DNA of 63,252 bases, filler included, from Perkinsus chesapeaki ATCC PRA-425 (Eukaryota > Protista > Perkinsozoa): NCBI GenBank assembly GCA_013115145.1. It is 7 parts of 7 records of this genome, joined end to end, with 100 filler letters (N's around TTAATTAATTAA, not from the genome) between each part and the next. Parts side by side here need not be neighbours in the genome. Positions count along the whole stretch, not along the records: positions 1 to 31,245 come from JAAPAO010000423.1; 6 more parts are not named here. The stretch is one strand, 5' to 3'. The notes below the pieces were generated by a model. The model was not told where the DNA came from. It did not search any database and worked only from the letters and a program-made list of their open reading frames with translations. Position numbers and translations under genes: made by a program. This document shows, piece by piece, positions 14,201 through 26,825 of this stretch; position 1 is the stretch's first letter, and each line of letters starts with the position of its first letter.

Positions 14201-17200
14201 CGCCACCTACCTTTTTTAAACCCTCATCAATTGCCGCTTCAATATGACATAAAACATTCCTCACCAACCCCATCAGTGTTACTTCTACACCAAGATCATC
14301 TCCAAGAGAAACATGCTCCTTTATCCAGTCAATACACCTGTGAATCTTGCAATCTTACCAATTCTTGCATTTCCTCAACGCTACTTGTAAAAGATGGACT
14401 CAAACCAATCCTCTAGCTCAATAAGATTAACTCCATTGAGTCTATCTTCGTTTGATTTTATCCATTTATTTACCACATGTTCGACCGGGACTCCTCCCTC
14501 GGAGAGGTAAACCATTCCTGAAAATACCCCTTCATTGCGGCGGCGGTGGCCTTCAGACCATCTGTTGAATATTACCCTATTACCCGAATGGCTATAATGA
14601 TTAATGAAAATTACAAGTATACAACTTGACCAACAGAAATCATATTTACATGCCGATTGCCGCTGATGAAATTAATAACTTTTTGTTAGGCTCGACTTAG
14701 TCGATAACATCATTATAAGAATCTCGGAATACTAATAACCGATGTGAAATGTACTCAAGCGGCGGAAGCGGCGGCGGAAGCGCATATGGTACAACTTACC
14801 AAGTCGGGAGACTGTCGCCGGGGAGGCAAAGGCGAGAGTGTCGGTCTCAAAGATGAAATTGATGTTATCATGGAATCGAATACGCTCTCCGTTGGGGAGG
14901 GTTAATAATCGATTATCATCTGAGAGAACAGGATGAGGAAAAATCTGGAAAAATTGGGGGGAATTTCACGAAAATTACGAATTTCAGTTTTTCCCGTAAA
15001 TTCGCTTACCAAGGACCGAGTTGAGGGACTCAATCCATTCGGGATCAACATCACCATCACATACGATCCAACACATTGTCTCCACAGGCTCTTTACTAAC
15101 CTAAAGTAAAACGTCACGCGCCACTAAATTAAAGCCTAACCACCTGACGGGCTGCTGCACTAATAACTCCATCTGACCATTCCCTCGTATCGACATTCAA
15201 CTTCCCCAAAAGATGCTGTCGAGAGATACTCTTTGGATTCACCGTGTGCACGCGTGCAACTTTACCAGTGCGCATGATTCCTTCGACAAGACTTCGCCAA
15301 ATGACCGTCTTACCACTTCCACTCGGCCCAACAATGCTCACACCAATTCGCTGTCTACAAGCCTCGTAAAGTTGTAATATTTTCTCCACTTGATTTCCAT
15401 CAATAGTCATTTGTCGACTCTTTAATGAATCTTTCACGCACCTTTCAACCTCGCCATAGTCAACCTCGTCACTTTCAACCCCCGGGAAAATATCTTTCAA
15501 TAGCGAGAAAAATCGCTGAGCATCTTCGGAGGAGAGCTTCGCCGAGATTCCCATTCGAGCCGACAGGACCAATACCCTGCACTCTTGTTCGTGGTCAATC
15601 GACCCACCGTCGCGGTGCAGTAATTTGCCAGCCAGAAGGAGAACGCTTTTCAGTGCTCGAAGGCCCCAATCGTAATGCTGCTGACGGGACAGCAGTTGCG
15701 AGCTCAAAATGAATAGAGAGACTATTCGACCAGAGAGCAACTTAGCGGAGCGAAAGCCTTGGGAGAATAATATGACCTGAAAACAATAGCAAAGAAAATA
15801 CAAGTACAAGTCTATTGGGGGAAATAAACCAAATGACATTGAGATGCTCGGAGAGGTGAAGTTAACAACAACAACAACCGGGTCAGGTGGAATGGTGTCC
15901 CAGGATCGCAAAAACTAATCTGTATACTTTTAGAAAAACCAGCCATAATATAAACCAACTTTCGTTGTAAACTTATCGAATCTTTGCCAGCTTTGAGCCA
16001 TTAGCACTCGCCAAAAGTATTGTAGAAAAATGGTAGCCATGGGATTCGAACCAGCGACACTAAGTCGGGAGAATTTCCTACTCATTTATCAGGATTGGCG
16101 TTTTAAAGCGCTGAATTTCAGCGGCTGAAAATAAATGATTCATTACAGTTCTCCACATACTTTTGGAGAGCTGTTTAATGATATTCAACTTAATAAAAAA
16201 TCACTTCTGGTTTCTAGTAATATTATTAATAGATATATTCAATCTTTATTTACCCCTTACCTCGGCAATAAGCTCATTGTCTGGAACTGCCATCGCGACT
16301 GGTCTAAATAATTGTTTTAAATTGTCCGGTAGTTTTTGCCGTCCACCGTATCCTTTACTGGCTGGGTTCATCGTTACAAATACACCAGCGTTGTGATTCA
16401 CTTTAACATCTGAAGGTAAGCCGACTAAATCTCAAACTTTCCTGAAGAAACCTCCACGATTGATCTAATAAATGACAGTAGTGAGGTGGACTGAGCCGAG
16501 AATCGAACCCGGGACCTCGGGCACCCGAAGCACGAATCATACCACTAGACCAGACAGCCTATTAATACGTTCAATGTAGCAGAAAAGATGCCATGAATGG
16601 GAAGGCCGCACAGTTAAGAATCCTGTTGAGCTTTCGTATGTCATACTCATTTTATGAAAAGGAATAATGTCATGTTGCTCATTGGGAATTGTTATCATTT
16701 TACCAGCAAAACTGTACGGTGAAACATACAAATAATTAAACGAGTAAATGATCTGCCTTGCCAAAAATGTGTTCCGCGAAGATCAAATAATTTCCCTGAT
16801 GAGACGAACCTTGTCCTTGGACAGTTGCAATTTTCAAACAATCAAAAGCGTCGTCAATTGAGTCACAATCATGAGCGTTGATGATGAGAACTCACTGAGG
16901 CCGAGGAGATCCACAAAGGAAAGCTTCTTTTTAATTGCTGATTGAATTAATTCAATCTGCTGGGAAATAGCTGACATCTGTTCTTCCAATAATCGATTGA
17001 ATTCATCAAAACACCCCCAAGCTCCACACCTGAGAGGAGGAGAAGGAGGAGGAGGTTCAGCTTATCGGAACTTTGTGAATTTTTTACTTCAAAAGCTTTC
17101 GGAAATTGCGATCATCGTGAAAGACGTAAAATGCGTCGAGGAAAAATAAAAAACCTATTTCTTAGCGGAGCGAAGCTTACCTAAGTAATCCAATAAATAT

Positions 17201-20200
17201 CCTTGTCATACTTTTATAATCTATACCTTCATCACAGTTAAATACCAACACTTGACGACCCAACCAACTTCCTAATGCTTTAACAGATTCAGTCTTACCT
17301 AGATAGTAGTAAAGATACCCCAACGACTGCGCACTATGAAGAATCTCACCGGTCCCAGCAGGCCCATAAGGATTTCCTCCGTACCCAAGATGCATTCCAT
17401 GCATTAAAGTCATGTAACATTTATCAGTGAGGGGAGTGTGGACGAGCTTTGGAGAGTTACCCTGAGGAATGATGAAAGTTCGGAAAATAATCGACAAACC
17501 TGAACAGAAAAATAAATGATATCTGAATACAAATCTGGGAAGTTCTCAAGACTCTCGAATCTTTTCATGTTGCCGATTTTTAAGAGAGCAACTTTTTAAG
17601 AATTTAACAACTAAAGTTCTGCAACTGTTTTGCGTCGAGTAGATGACCATCACCTGGTATTCAAACGAGTATGACTGCCGACAAGCCAGCATCTCAACAT
17701 GCGCATCGCCATTCGTGGAAGAGTAGAACCGTAACTGTTTATACCTGAATATATCAAAGTCAAGGTCGACCTAAAGATACTCCTACCATCCCCAATCTTT
17801 CCTCTTGATAACCCTTTTATCGACAATCTCTTCAATAATGGATGCATTATGAATAACATCCATTATCAAACCCTCCAGCTTCGCTCCGCTAAGATTATCT
17901 GCATCTTTTTGCATTTTCGTAAGGTCCCCTAATCTTCCCATTAATTTAAAATGAATATCTTTCATTGACTTTCCACTTTCCAGACAACCTTCAACCTCCG
18001 CAGTGAATCCAACAGCCTCCCCAAGGCACAGAATCTGTCCCGGTAAATCGAGCAAGTCACCGCCTTTGTAATTAGCAAGAAGAATCTTCAGAGTGCGTAC
18101 CATGCACGCATCAAGCTCACTTAGCCATACCTCAATCGATCGCGTGATCGATATTGCATCTATGAGTTTAACTTCTTCTCCCATCGAACTCACCATTGCT
18201 GTTATTCGATTGTTTCCATCGATTTCAACTTTATAAATTCCCGCAAACAAATTTTTCAAATGGCCTTGAACAACTCCAGAATCGTCACTGCGCCCCAAAA
18301 TCTCCAAAAGATCTTCATCGCCGATGAAGTAGAGCCTCGGACAAGTCAACCTCTTTTCTTCAAGATACTCGTTCAACGCTTTCTGGCATCGATCGATTTG
18401 ATCAGCCATCGAATTCAACTCTGAAACTTTACACTTTTCCCGATAGCCGGTCAATAAGCTGCTAACAGCACGATTGCTCTTCGACGAGTATGTTGAATTG
18501 ACAAAGTGTCTGAAGGCTTTGTCGACTCGCGAGAATCTTTCTTTCTCGGATGGTAAAGCTCCACGTCCGAGGACAGGCTCGAGATAGACCCACTTCCGCT
18601 GCACCTGATAGAAAACAGAAAAGATTGACTTCTGAGAATCCAACCGACGTGAGCGACAATGTACCAAAGTTGCACAATCTAACAGCCCTCATTAGCATCG
18701 TTATGTGGCATTTTTATTCAATGCCATAATAGGTCTAGTAACAATACCGATAATTCTTGCCCTATTCCCCCAAGCCTCACTTTATTAAGTAGTTGTAAAA
18801 TTTGAGCCAATGCATTTAACTTGTCCTCAATTCTTTCAACTTCATCTTTAAATCCATAATAAAACTTCGACTCCTTCAACGATAAACATAAGCTTTGTTG
18901 TTCACTCAATCCACTTAATAAATCTTGCCATTCTTTTATAATATCCAACCTCACTCCATCACATGTTATATATTCTGACACCTCTAGCTGTGTCGCATCA
19001 AACCAACAATTAAGCTCGGATACAGCTTCCCGAAGAGTCACCTCTCCAACGGCGCGCGCCACTAATTCCCGAATAGTTTTTTCGTTTTTAAGGATTTCAT
19101 CACAATTTTCGAGGATAGATGAAACCGTTAGATTCTCCAATCGAGTGTCTTTGGGTAGTCCAATGATAGAAAAGAGAATCTGAAAGCAAAAAAGTCACGC
19201 GCCACGAAATTACTGATAAGGAAATCGATCGCGTGATCGACTTGGACTTACTCTCCAGTGATCCTTCTCGAATGCCTCGCCCGTTATACATGATTTTATA
19301 ACAGGGTAAGTATTTTCCAGCGCGCCACAAAACTTCATCATCATTGCGAGCACCGAAGTGGGTCTCGAGCCCCCAGAGCATTCTCGGATCTGATCAGTTA
19401 CGGTCAAGTAATTTCGCCCAATTCAATCCGAATCAAATTTCTCGAAAAATTCCTGGTAAAAATTTCCTAATTTTCGCCAAAATTTTTTCGGAAACTTCCG
19501 GCAGGTTCATCAAATCTGATACAAGGTCTCAAATTGCTCGGAAAATTTCTGTTATGAGACGATGATTTCCTGGGCAAGTTGTCGGTCACCTTGGGAATCC
19601 ATTCGTCGATGAATCGAGCAAGTTTGGAGACATTTGGTCGAAAGTCCAACCAGAGCTGCTCGCCGAGCTCGAACAAGGACGAACGAAATTCGGCAAAGAC
19701 TCTCCAAGAAGAAATGGCGGCGGCTATCTCGTCATTAACAATAGAATAACCTTCAATCTGAAATGGGATGAGAAAAACGTCACGCGCCATGAAATTGTAC
19801 TTGTGGCTGATCCAAGCCGAATTCAGCACAGTCACTGTAGAGAGCATCTGGACAGAGGCAATTCTTGCGCGCCACGAAACTACTTCCTACCTGCCGATTT
19901 CTGTACCTCTGACCAGTCGTTCTGCCATTCTTCCATTCGTTGACAAATTTCCATTAAGCCTTCCGAAAGTGGGAAATCATGTTCATCAACAATCGGTTTT
20001 AAAGCCTAAATCGATCAAACCTCGCTCAACCTAAAGATACTTCTCACCTTCCATCGAGATTCGTATCTTTCAACTTCATTTTTAACCTCCAAAATCCGAC
20101 TGCCGATTTGTTCTTTCAATTTCTTCTTCAATTCCTCCACAACATTTCCGAAACTTTCTATTTTCTCCGTCACTGCGCCACATAATTCTCGTACTTCTTT

Positions 20201-23200
20201 CAAATCTATCACGCCCCCTCCAGAGCTCTCGACTAATCTGGCTCGTCCGGCAATCGCGTCCAGTTTTTGATTTATTTCCGGCAGCTCAATCGCCAACTTG
20301 CGCACTTCAAGCTCGGATTCGGATATTCCTTTCACATTTTGTGGCGCAGCGGTCATTTTCCCGAGAGAATCCTGCAACTTATCGACAAGACTTTTAACTT
20401 GCTCATTCAACCGTCGTTTCAGTGTTATAACCAATTCAAAGGAAAACCTAGAATCTTAGGTTGATGCGTGCAAGATACGAAATATCTTAGCTTACCTGTC
20501 TATCTGCTCCTCCACAACTGTCTTCAATATAACAGTATGAAGCACCATACAATCGACTTTAACAAAATCAGGTAGTCTTTCCAATTCTTTTTTCTTTTTC
20601 CTCATCCCCTTTAAATTATCTTCCCAAACACTCTCCTCTTCATTTTCCATACCTTCCACTATTTCCAATAATTTCTGCTCTCCGAGGCCCCCCAATACCT
20701 GACAGTTCATTGCCATGTAGAACGACGATAGAAATCGAATTTTAATATTCTATCATTTTTCCGCCGAAAATCGTCCCACAAAGCAGCTCTTTGATACATT
20801 GAAAAACTGGGCTTTTCTATCTCCATTTTCGAGGGTGTAAAGACCTGCTGGAATCCTTCCGAGTTTTCCTGCCGGCCGGCCTGTTCAACAAACTTTTCGG
20901 ACTATGCAATCATATTTCCCGATTGTTATTGCTGAAAGATAGAAGCTCCCTTGGAGAAGGTCGCCGGTTCGATCCACGGTGAGGGTATTTTTACCCCCCA
21001 ATGAGAGACTTTAGTTTTTTCTTCTTCCAACTTGTCCAACATTTCCTCGCCTCGACTGTAAACAATCGCCAATGCTTTTTTAACCTCAGAAGAATCTAAG
21101 AGAAGCATCCTCTTGAGGTATGAAATGCGCGCTTCAAGCTAAGATACCCTCGGTTAGCTTCCTGTAGATCTCAGGTGCTCCTCTGAAGCCTGCAATGCTC
21201 TCAATTCGCCCCACAAATTTTCCAACTTCTCGGTAATATTTCTGATCAACCCAAAATATATCAAATCGATCGCGCGATCGATTATTACTTTTCTAACCTC
21301 CTCCACTGTCGGCTTCAATGTCACTTCTTTTCGACTCACAATCACATCGACGCGTATCTTTAGGTCAACTTTCAAGCACCCGATGAGAATCTACAACCTC
21401 CGGAATGGTCTTATTAAATCCGAGCAGCCCTCTCATCAATTGGACTTCGACAATCGCTTTCAGTTGACGATCCAAATGAGCTCTCCAAGGCTTAGTCAAC
21501 GAATCCTATCAAAGGCGTATCTTTTGGAGTTATGAAAAGCCAGCTTGAACCTCCTTATCAGCTCCAACCCTTTCGGCCATTATGTCCACTTTCCTCTGTA
21601 ACTCCATGAGCCTCATCTTCCACATGTCATATTGACGGAGGATACACAACGAAGATAAATTAAGCAAACCACATAGGATCTGAAAGAGCGAGTTCATCAT
21701 CATCATCAATCCTCAAGTATAACTTATTGTGATAACTAAATGATCAAGTAAGGAAATACGGATATGGCATCTGAATCCTACATTCAACCATTAATGGCAA
21801 TTTCAAAGGATAGTCCAATTCTTGTTCGACGACACGATACTATTTCTGACTCAACTACAGTTTCCTACGGCATGAAGATGATGATCCGGAAATGAAGGGC
21901 AAGGTGGATGAAAATAATATTTGAGACTATCATCACTGTCGGTGCTCAGGCCCAACAACCAATCTCACTTCCGACCCAGCCACCCTCCGAAGAATAATGA
22001 TAATTGTCCTGATAAAAGACACGCTATTACGAGACATAGTACGATGTATACTTCGACGGTACTTGGACTCTGCCCTGGATACTCCACACAAAAAAATGTC
22101 GACAAGAGCATTCTCCATCCTAGCTGCCCCCCCAACTACTACTACTTCTGCATGTGCATTCCTCAACATCTCATTTATCCCTTTTAACCTTCTCCTGCCC
22201 TCCTCCGCTCGATCGGTGAATGTCTTCAATTGCTCCAAAGTATTCCAATTCGTATTAGATGACTTCGTGAGTGTCTCCTCAAATGCCAATGCTTCGTTCA
22301 ACAGCATCGGTTTTTGAAATGGTAGAAGGTCCAATGATAGACTATTATAAAATATACAAACTTCTCGCAATGTCACCGCAAACTTAAAGTATCTTTCCCA
22401 TACTTCAACCTCACCCGCTAGATTCTTCGGAATGGCATACCCAGCATTTTCGAATGCCCTCGCCTCCTTGATAGCTACCAGAAGCCTTCCGTCATAATTA
22501 ACATTCAAATCTCCGCTGGCTATAGATTTGATGGAAACTACTGCAGCTGATACGTCCAAGCGGACCGCCGAAAGACTTTCGCACCATTTCTTAAAAAGCG
22601 CATCTTTCCTCGCTTTAATTCGCCTCAATAATTCCCGACACTCATTTGCCACACCACTCGCTCCCTCCAAATCACGGAGGAATCCTGAGTTGGGAGCAAC
22701 TGCCGACAACATCTGTTCGACTTCTCCCCGCGCCACACTAAGGTTCTTCAAATCAGAAATGAAATCGATTGACTTTTCCCGTCCTAGATTATCTTTCATC
22801 TCTGAAATATGCCTCTTCAACATCATCATTATCGTCTCCCTTTCACTTCGTAATGCATCCTTCATCACAGAAAACTCCATCATGGCCCCAAAACGACCAG
22901 ACACTCCACGAATAGTCGCCACGACATCCCCCCCGACAGTTGACGAGCTCAGCTGCCGAGATATCACAGGTTTCAACCTCAATACGATCGGCTCGGCCTT
23001 CCTCGCATATTGGATGAAGAAGCTTCCCCATTGAGCATCCGAATATTCACTAATACCGAAGACACTCCCACGAGTGTTAATGTTGAGTAAATCCTCAGCA
23101 AGGCTTTCCACTTCGGCCGGAGTGATCGAAGATGAGCTGTCGGATGCTATCAGTCGTAGTTGTTCTAGTTGTTGACGAATTGAATTGATACAACGAATTC

Positions 23201-25264
23201 GGTCGGCCAAACGAATGGGAGAGTTGAGTACCTTAAATGGGCTGTGCCGAGAATTGAACTCGGGACCTCTCGCACCCTAAGCGAGAATCATACCACTAGA
23301 CCACACAGCCGATGAGAAAGACCACCTCTACAAACCCTGCTTCACCTCTTTCATATATTCCCTTCCCAACAGACTCCCATCTTGAACACTCTCCACCCAT
23401 CTGTCGAGGACCTGATGACGCAATACGAAAAAGCGCGCGCCCAGTTAATCGATTTTCGCCCAACCCACCTTGACCGCTTCTCGAAGTACAATGGACGTTG
23501 ATTTATCTTGGTGGAGCCGAAAGATATCTTTGAGGTCAATTAAGCGGCGACTGACTTCCGAGCAGACTTTGAACGATATGACAGTTAAAAGTCTGATAAA
23601 AGGACAAATCGATCAAATGGGACGCATTCGACCTCCAAAAATATCTTACCGTTTCATTCTTTTAGCTGGATAAGGAGGATCTATATTCTCATGAAGGTTC
23701 TCCAATATCATCAAAGTCTCATCTATCTCACCATAAATGTTCGACAGTGGCTGTTGTTGTTGTTGCTGCTGAGGGAGGAGAACTGAAATTTATTCAACTA
23801 TAATCATGACAACAATCGCTACCACGAATACGACTACACACCAACATCGAGATGCTCCTCGCAACTCATAGTGAATCATCGAAATCTAAGCACGCTGCTA
23901 TTGCCAAGCAAATGATCAATACGAATCAACAACATTATCACACCCACTAACCGAGTCATCTCTCACCTCCATTTGATATATTAAATATTAAAGGTGCATT
24001 GGTCGAACACTTCGCAAACTCCTCCGCGATTGTCGATGCCTGATAAGTGCTATTCTTCAATATCCTTCCTATCAACTTCCCTATCAATGGCTATGGACAT
24101 TGCTAATCGTGTCATGCTTATTTTCACTCTATTAACACAATCCCTAGCTTCTTGCTACATCATCATCACGAATCTAGATGATGATGATGATGCCGCCCTG
24201 GCCTATTCTCATTATCTTCCTCTTCAATATTAACCCCCTTAAAGACTCATCATACCGACTTTTTCTCAACGTATCTCGAAATTATTGACACCCCCTCCGT
24301 CACCCTTCTGCCACCGTTTCCCGATTCCTTCATTCCTCTCCAAAAAGCAGCCTCATCATACGGGATAATCACCTATTCAGAAGTCTTGCTAATCTTACCA
24401 AATCTTGCATTTCCTCAACGCCTCCTTACATTGTCGGTAACCTCCTCGTTGTAATTCATAACATCCGATGATCCTCTCTGCAGTGATGCTTCCAAACCAG
24501 CTCTCAGCGATTCACTAAAAGCCCCAAAAATTTCAGAAAAATAGAATTTCCAAAAATTCTTCTACATCGATCCTCCGACGTCCGTGTCCCCCAGTAACTG
24601 CGGAAATAAGGCTCCCCCAATTTCTGGGCGCGTGACTCTGCCTCACCTTCGAGTATACTTCTCTAAGAATGTTATCCAACCCTTGCCTTGCCCCTCTCCC
24701 GTCGATTGTGACTGTCATGACGCTTCTCGTCATCATTGTTGTTGCCGAGGACAGCTCACCCATACCAGTTTTGATGAACACCACCACGGTGCTGCTACCA
24801 GCTGAGAATGGTTAAAATAATCAAACAACAAATATTCCCCAAACCTTCAAGAATTGGGACTATTTGATCGTAAATGCTTGTCAATGTGACATTCCTGAGC
24901 GTCCCTCCATTGCCTGTTTGACTTTCATAGGCGAACAGGACCTGACAAGCAGATAAGCAGCAGCCTTCTAACAAAAGGACACCCCCGACAGATCGATATC
25001 TTTTCCAGTTCGCGCGAACATCTCCGAAAGTCACTTTTCCGATGTTCACCTTAGTGTTTATGTCATCCATAAATCTCTCGAGTTCAGTATTAGACTCCGG
25101 GTTGGACCTGCTGCAAACGTCACTCGCCACAAAATACTATTTAACCTGAAGGTAGCTCTCTCTCTTTGGCTAATACCCAAAAGCGCCATGCATGCTTCAA
25201 CGATGAACTCTTTACGAGGATCAGGTTGAGTATGATAATCAAATGAAGCGTTGTAGTCAGCCAT
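2297..25264 (-). CDS. DYNC2H1: Cytoplasmic dynein-2 heavy chain (retrograde IFT motor), dozens of exons; 3' end approximate
   Basis: Collinear exon peptides: N-term [11 protein letters not shown]; tail [29 protein letters not shown]; QRKWVYLEP and [15 protein letters not shown]; AAA1 GPAGTG|KTESVK and VFNCDEG; AAA2 GPSGSGKT; AAA3 GPEGSGK; AAA4 GRSGCGRR (dynein-2-type degenerate P-loop); stalk [14 protein letters not shown]; QALRPDRL; [10 protein letters not shown]; C-term [11 protein letters not shown]. Confidence 0.95.
5364..5435 (-). tRNA. tRNA-His(GTG) inside a ~90-nt dynein intron
   Basis: GTCGCTA/TAGCGAC acceptor, CGTC/GACG D-stem, TCACG-TTGTGGC-CGTGA anticodon arm, CCCGG-TTCAAAT-CCGGG T-arm, followed by TTTT. 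Confidence 0.9.
16488..16559 (-). pseudogene. Degenerate tRNA-Pro(CGG) in a dynein intron
   Basis: Colinear with the intact Pro tRNA at 23239-23310, but with 2 acceptor-stem mismatches and 1 anticodon-stem mismatch. A- and B-boxes intact. Confidence 0.65.
23239..23310 (-). tRNA. tRNA-Pro(AGG) inside a ~94-nt dynein intron
   Basis: GGCTGTG/CACAGCC acceptor, CTCGC-TTAGGGT-GCGAG anticodon arm, CCGAG-TTCAATT-CTCGG T-arm; all three fully paired. Confidence 0.92.
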
Positions 25265-25594
25265 ACGAGATACTCGGAAAACCAAGCTACAAAGTATCTT
25301 ACCTGCGTCAACCTGGGATACTTTCACAATAATCCCATGATTTTTAAGAACCCAACTCATCTCATTATCACATTACTATGCGATTACATTGGAAATAAAT
25401 CGCTAGATCGAACAACTAAGAATACCATACACCTGATTAGTATCTTGCAAGGTTCAAGCTAAGATAGTAATTAACTATAAACACAAGGCAACGATAATTA
25501 GCTGAAATTAACCTAGATCAGTCTCGGAAACACTCCAAAGATTTCGCAAACCTCCATCGCCGCTGCTGCCGATGATGATGATCGTTTAGCCGAT

Positions 25595-26825
25595 TTAGTT
25601 GCCACCGACAACCTGAGAAAATGAAAGGTAATAGAAGACGGAATAAACAATTAAAACAAACAAGTCTAAAAACACCAACCGACATTAGCACTCATCAACA
25701 CTGTCAACCACCGGGGGTATGTGAAGATATAAATGATAGTGGCATATTCGGAACAGAGGACACTTGAAACAGCATGAATGCATCAATTCCATCCCAACAA
25801 CTTTAATAAATTACAAAATATAATAGATATTTTGACGAGAAGAATGACAAGCATTATACAACAAAGCTGCTGCTGCTGCTTTTGCTGCTTACCGTCTTCA
25901 ACTGAGAGAGCCACCTCATATATTCCCTTTGCTCCTTATCAAGTGCAGTAGCATCGATGAAATCACAGACTGCATCAGTTAAGCCAACTTCGGCAAGATA
26001 CTCATCGAATGCCTCTTGCATATTATCATCCAAATCTTCAAACTCTGGGCCATTGTAGCTCGAAGCGGATTCCTTCTCAGCAACAGACGTGAATGCACGG
26101 CAGTTACCAATTACATAACGATGACCCTCACCGGCTGCTGTACCTAACAAATAGAGGGATCACCAATAACAGTGACCAGACGGAAAATTCGAAATATACC
26201 AAACATTAATACGGTAAAATGTTCGAAATAACAAGACATTGATAAAGGAGCTTACTGCAGTAAAATATGAGACCCTGACCAGCCTTGTTCTCAACGGTGA
26301 CAGTGAAATCTGTGGCTTCAGCGGGCTCCATAGCATCCTCACCTTGACCATCCTCACCTGATAAATAAATATCAAAGATACCTTATAGGTTGACTCACTA
26401 CCTTCCATGCCATCGAATCCAGCATCATTAAATGGGCTTGTCAGCTGCCATTCGACAACAGCAGTTTTATCACCAGTAAGTTGGCGAGTGATGCTCATGT
26501 TGACATCACCTTCGACTTCATCAAACTTCCAGGTTTGGTCGGCCAGGAATTGCTTGCAGATGGCCGGTTGCTCATATCTGATATTAAACTAATATAACAT
26601 TTATTAAATTAACTTACGATTCCTTCTCGTGCTGCAACTCAGAGGCGAGGGACTTGCTCAATTTGGCGCAGGCAGGGCTGGAAAATGCCACGGAAGACAT
26701 TCGCATGACACCTTAATAGTCAATAATAGAGTAATACCAAACGGCTGCTTACCTAATGATCGAGCCGCAATAGCTCTGGTGGCAACAACAGGAGCGTATT
26801 TGACGGCAACACGAGAGATCATCAT
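25595..26825 (-). CDS. Mitochondrial acidic glycoprotein (MAM33/p32/C1QBP family), multi-exon
   Basis: SYNGPEFEDLDDNMQEAFDEYLAEVGLTDAVCDFIDATALDKEQREYMRWL is the family C-terminal signature. Basic N-terminal targeting-like peptide MISRVAVKYAPVVATRAIAARSL. Confidence 0.85.

Larger units (their letters stand above)
3011..21282. repeat. Dispersed 18-bp palindrome family E (ATCGATCRCGYGATCGAT)
   Basis: Copies at 3011-3028, 4103-4120, 6496-6513, 18135-18152, 19224-19241, 21265-21282. Confidence 0.85.

Noticed and set aside
2465-24805. Plus-strand ORFs of 60-170 aa overlapping the dynein gene
   Set aside because: Antisense shadows of dynein exons with no recognisable domains.
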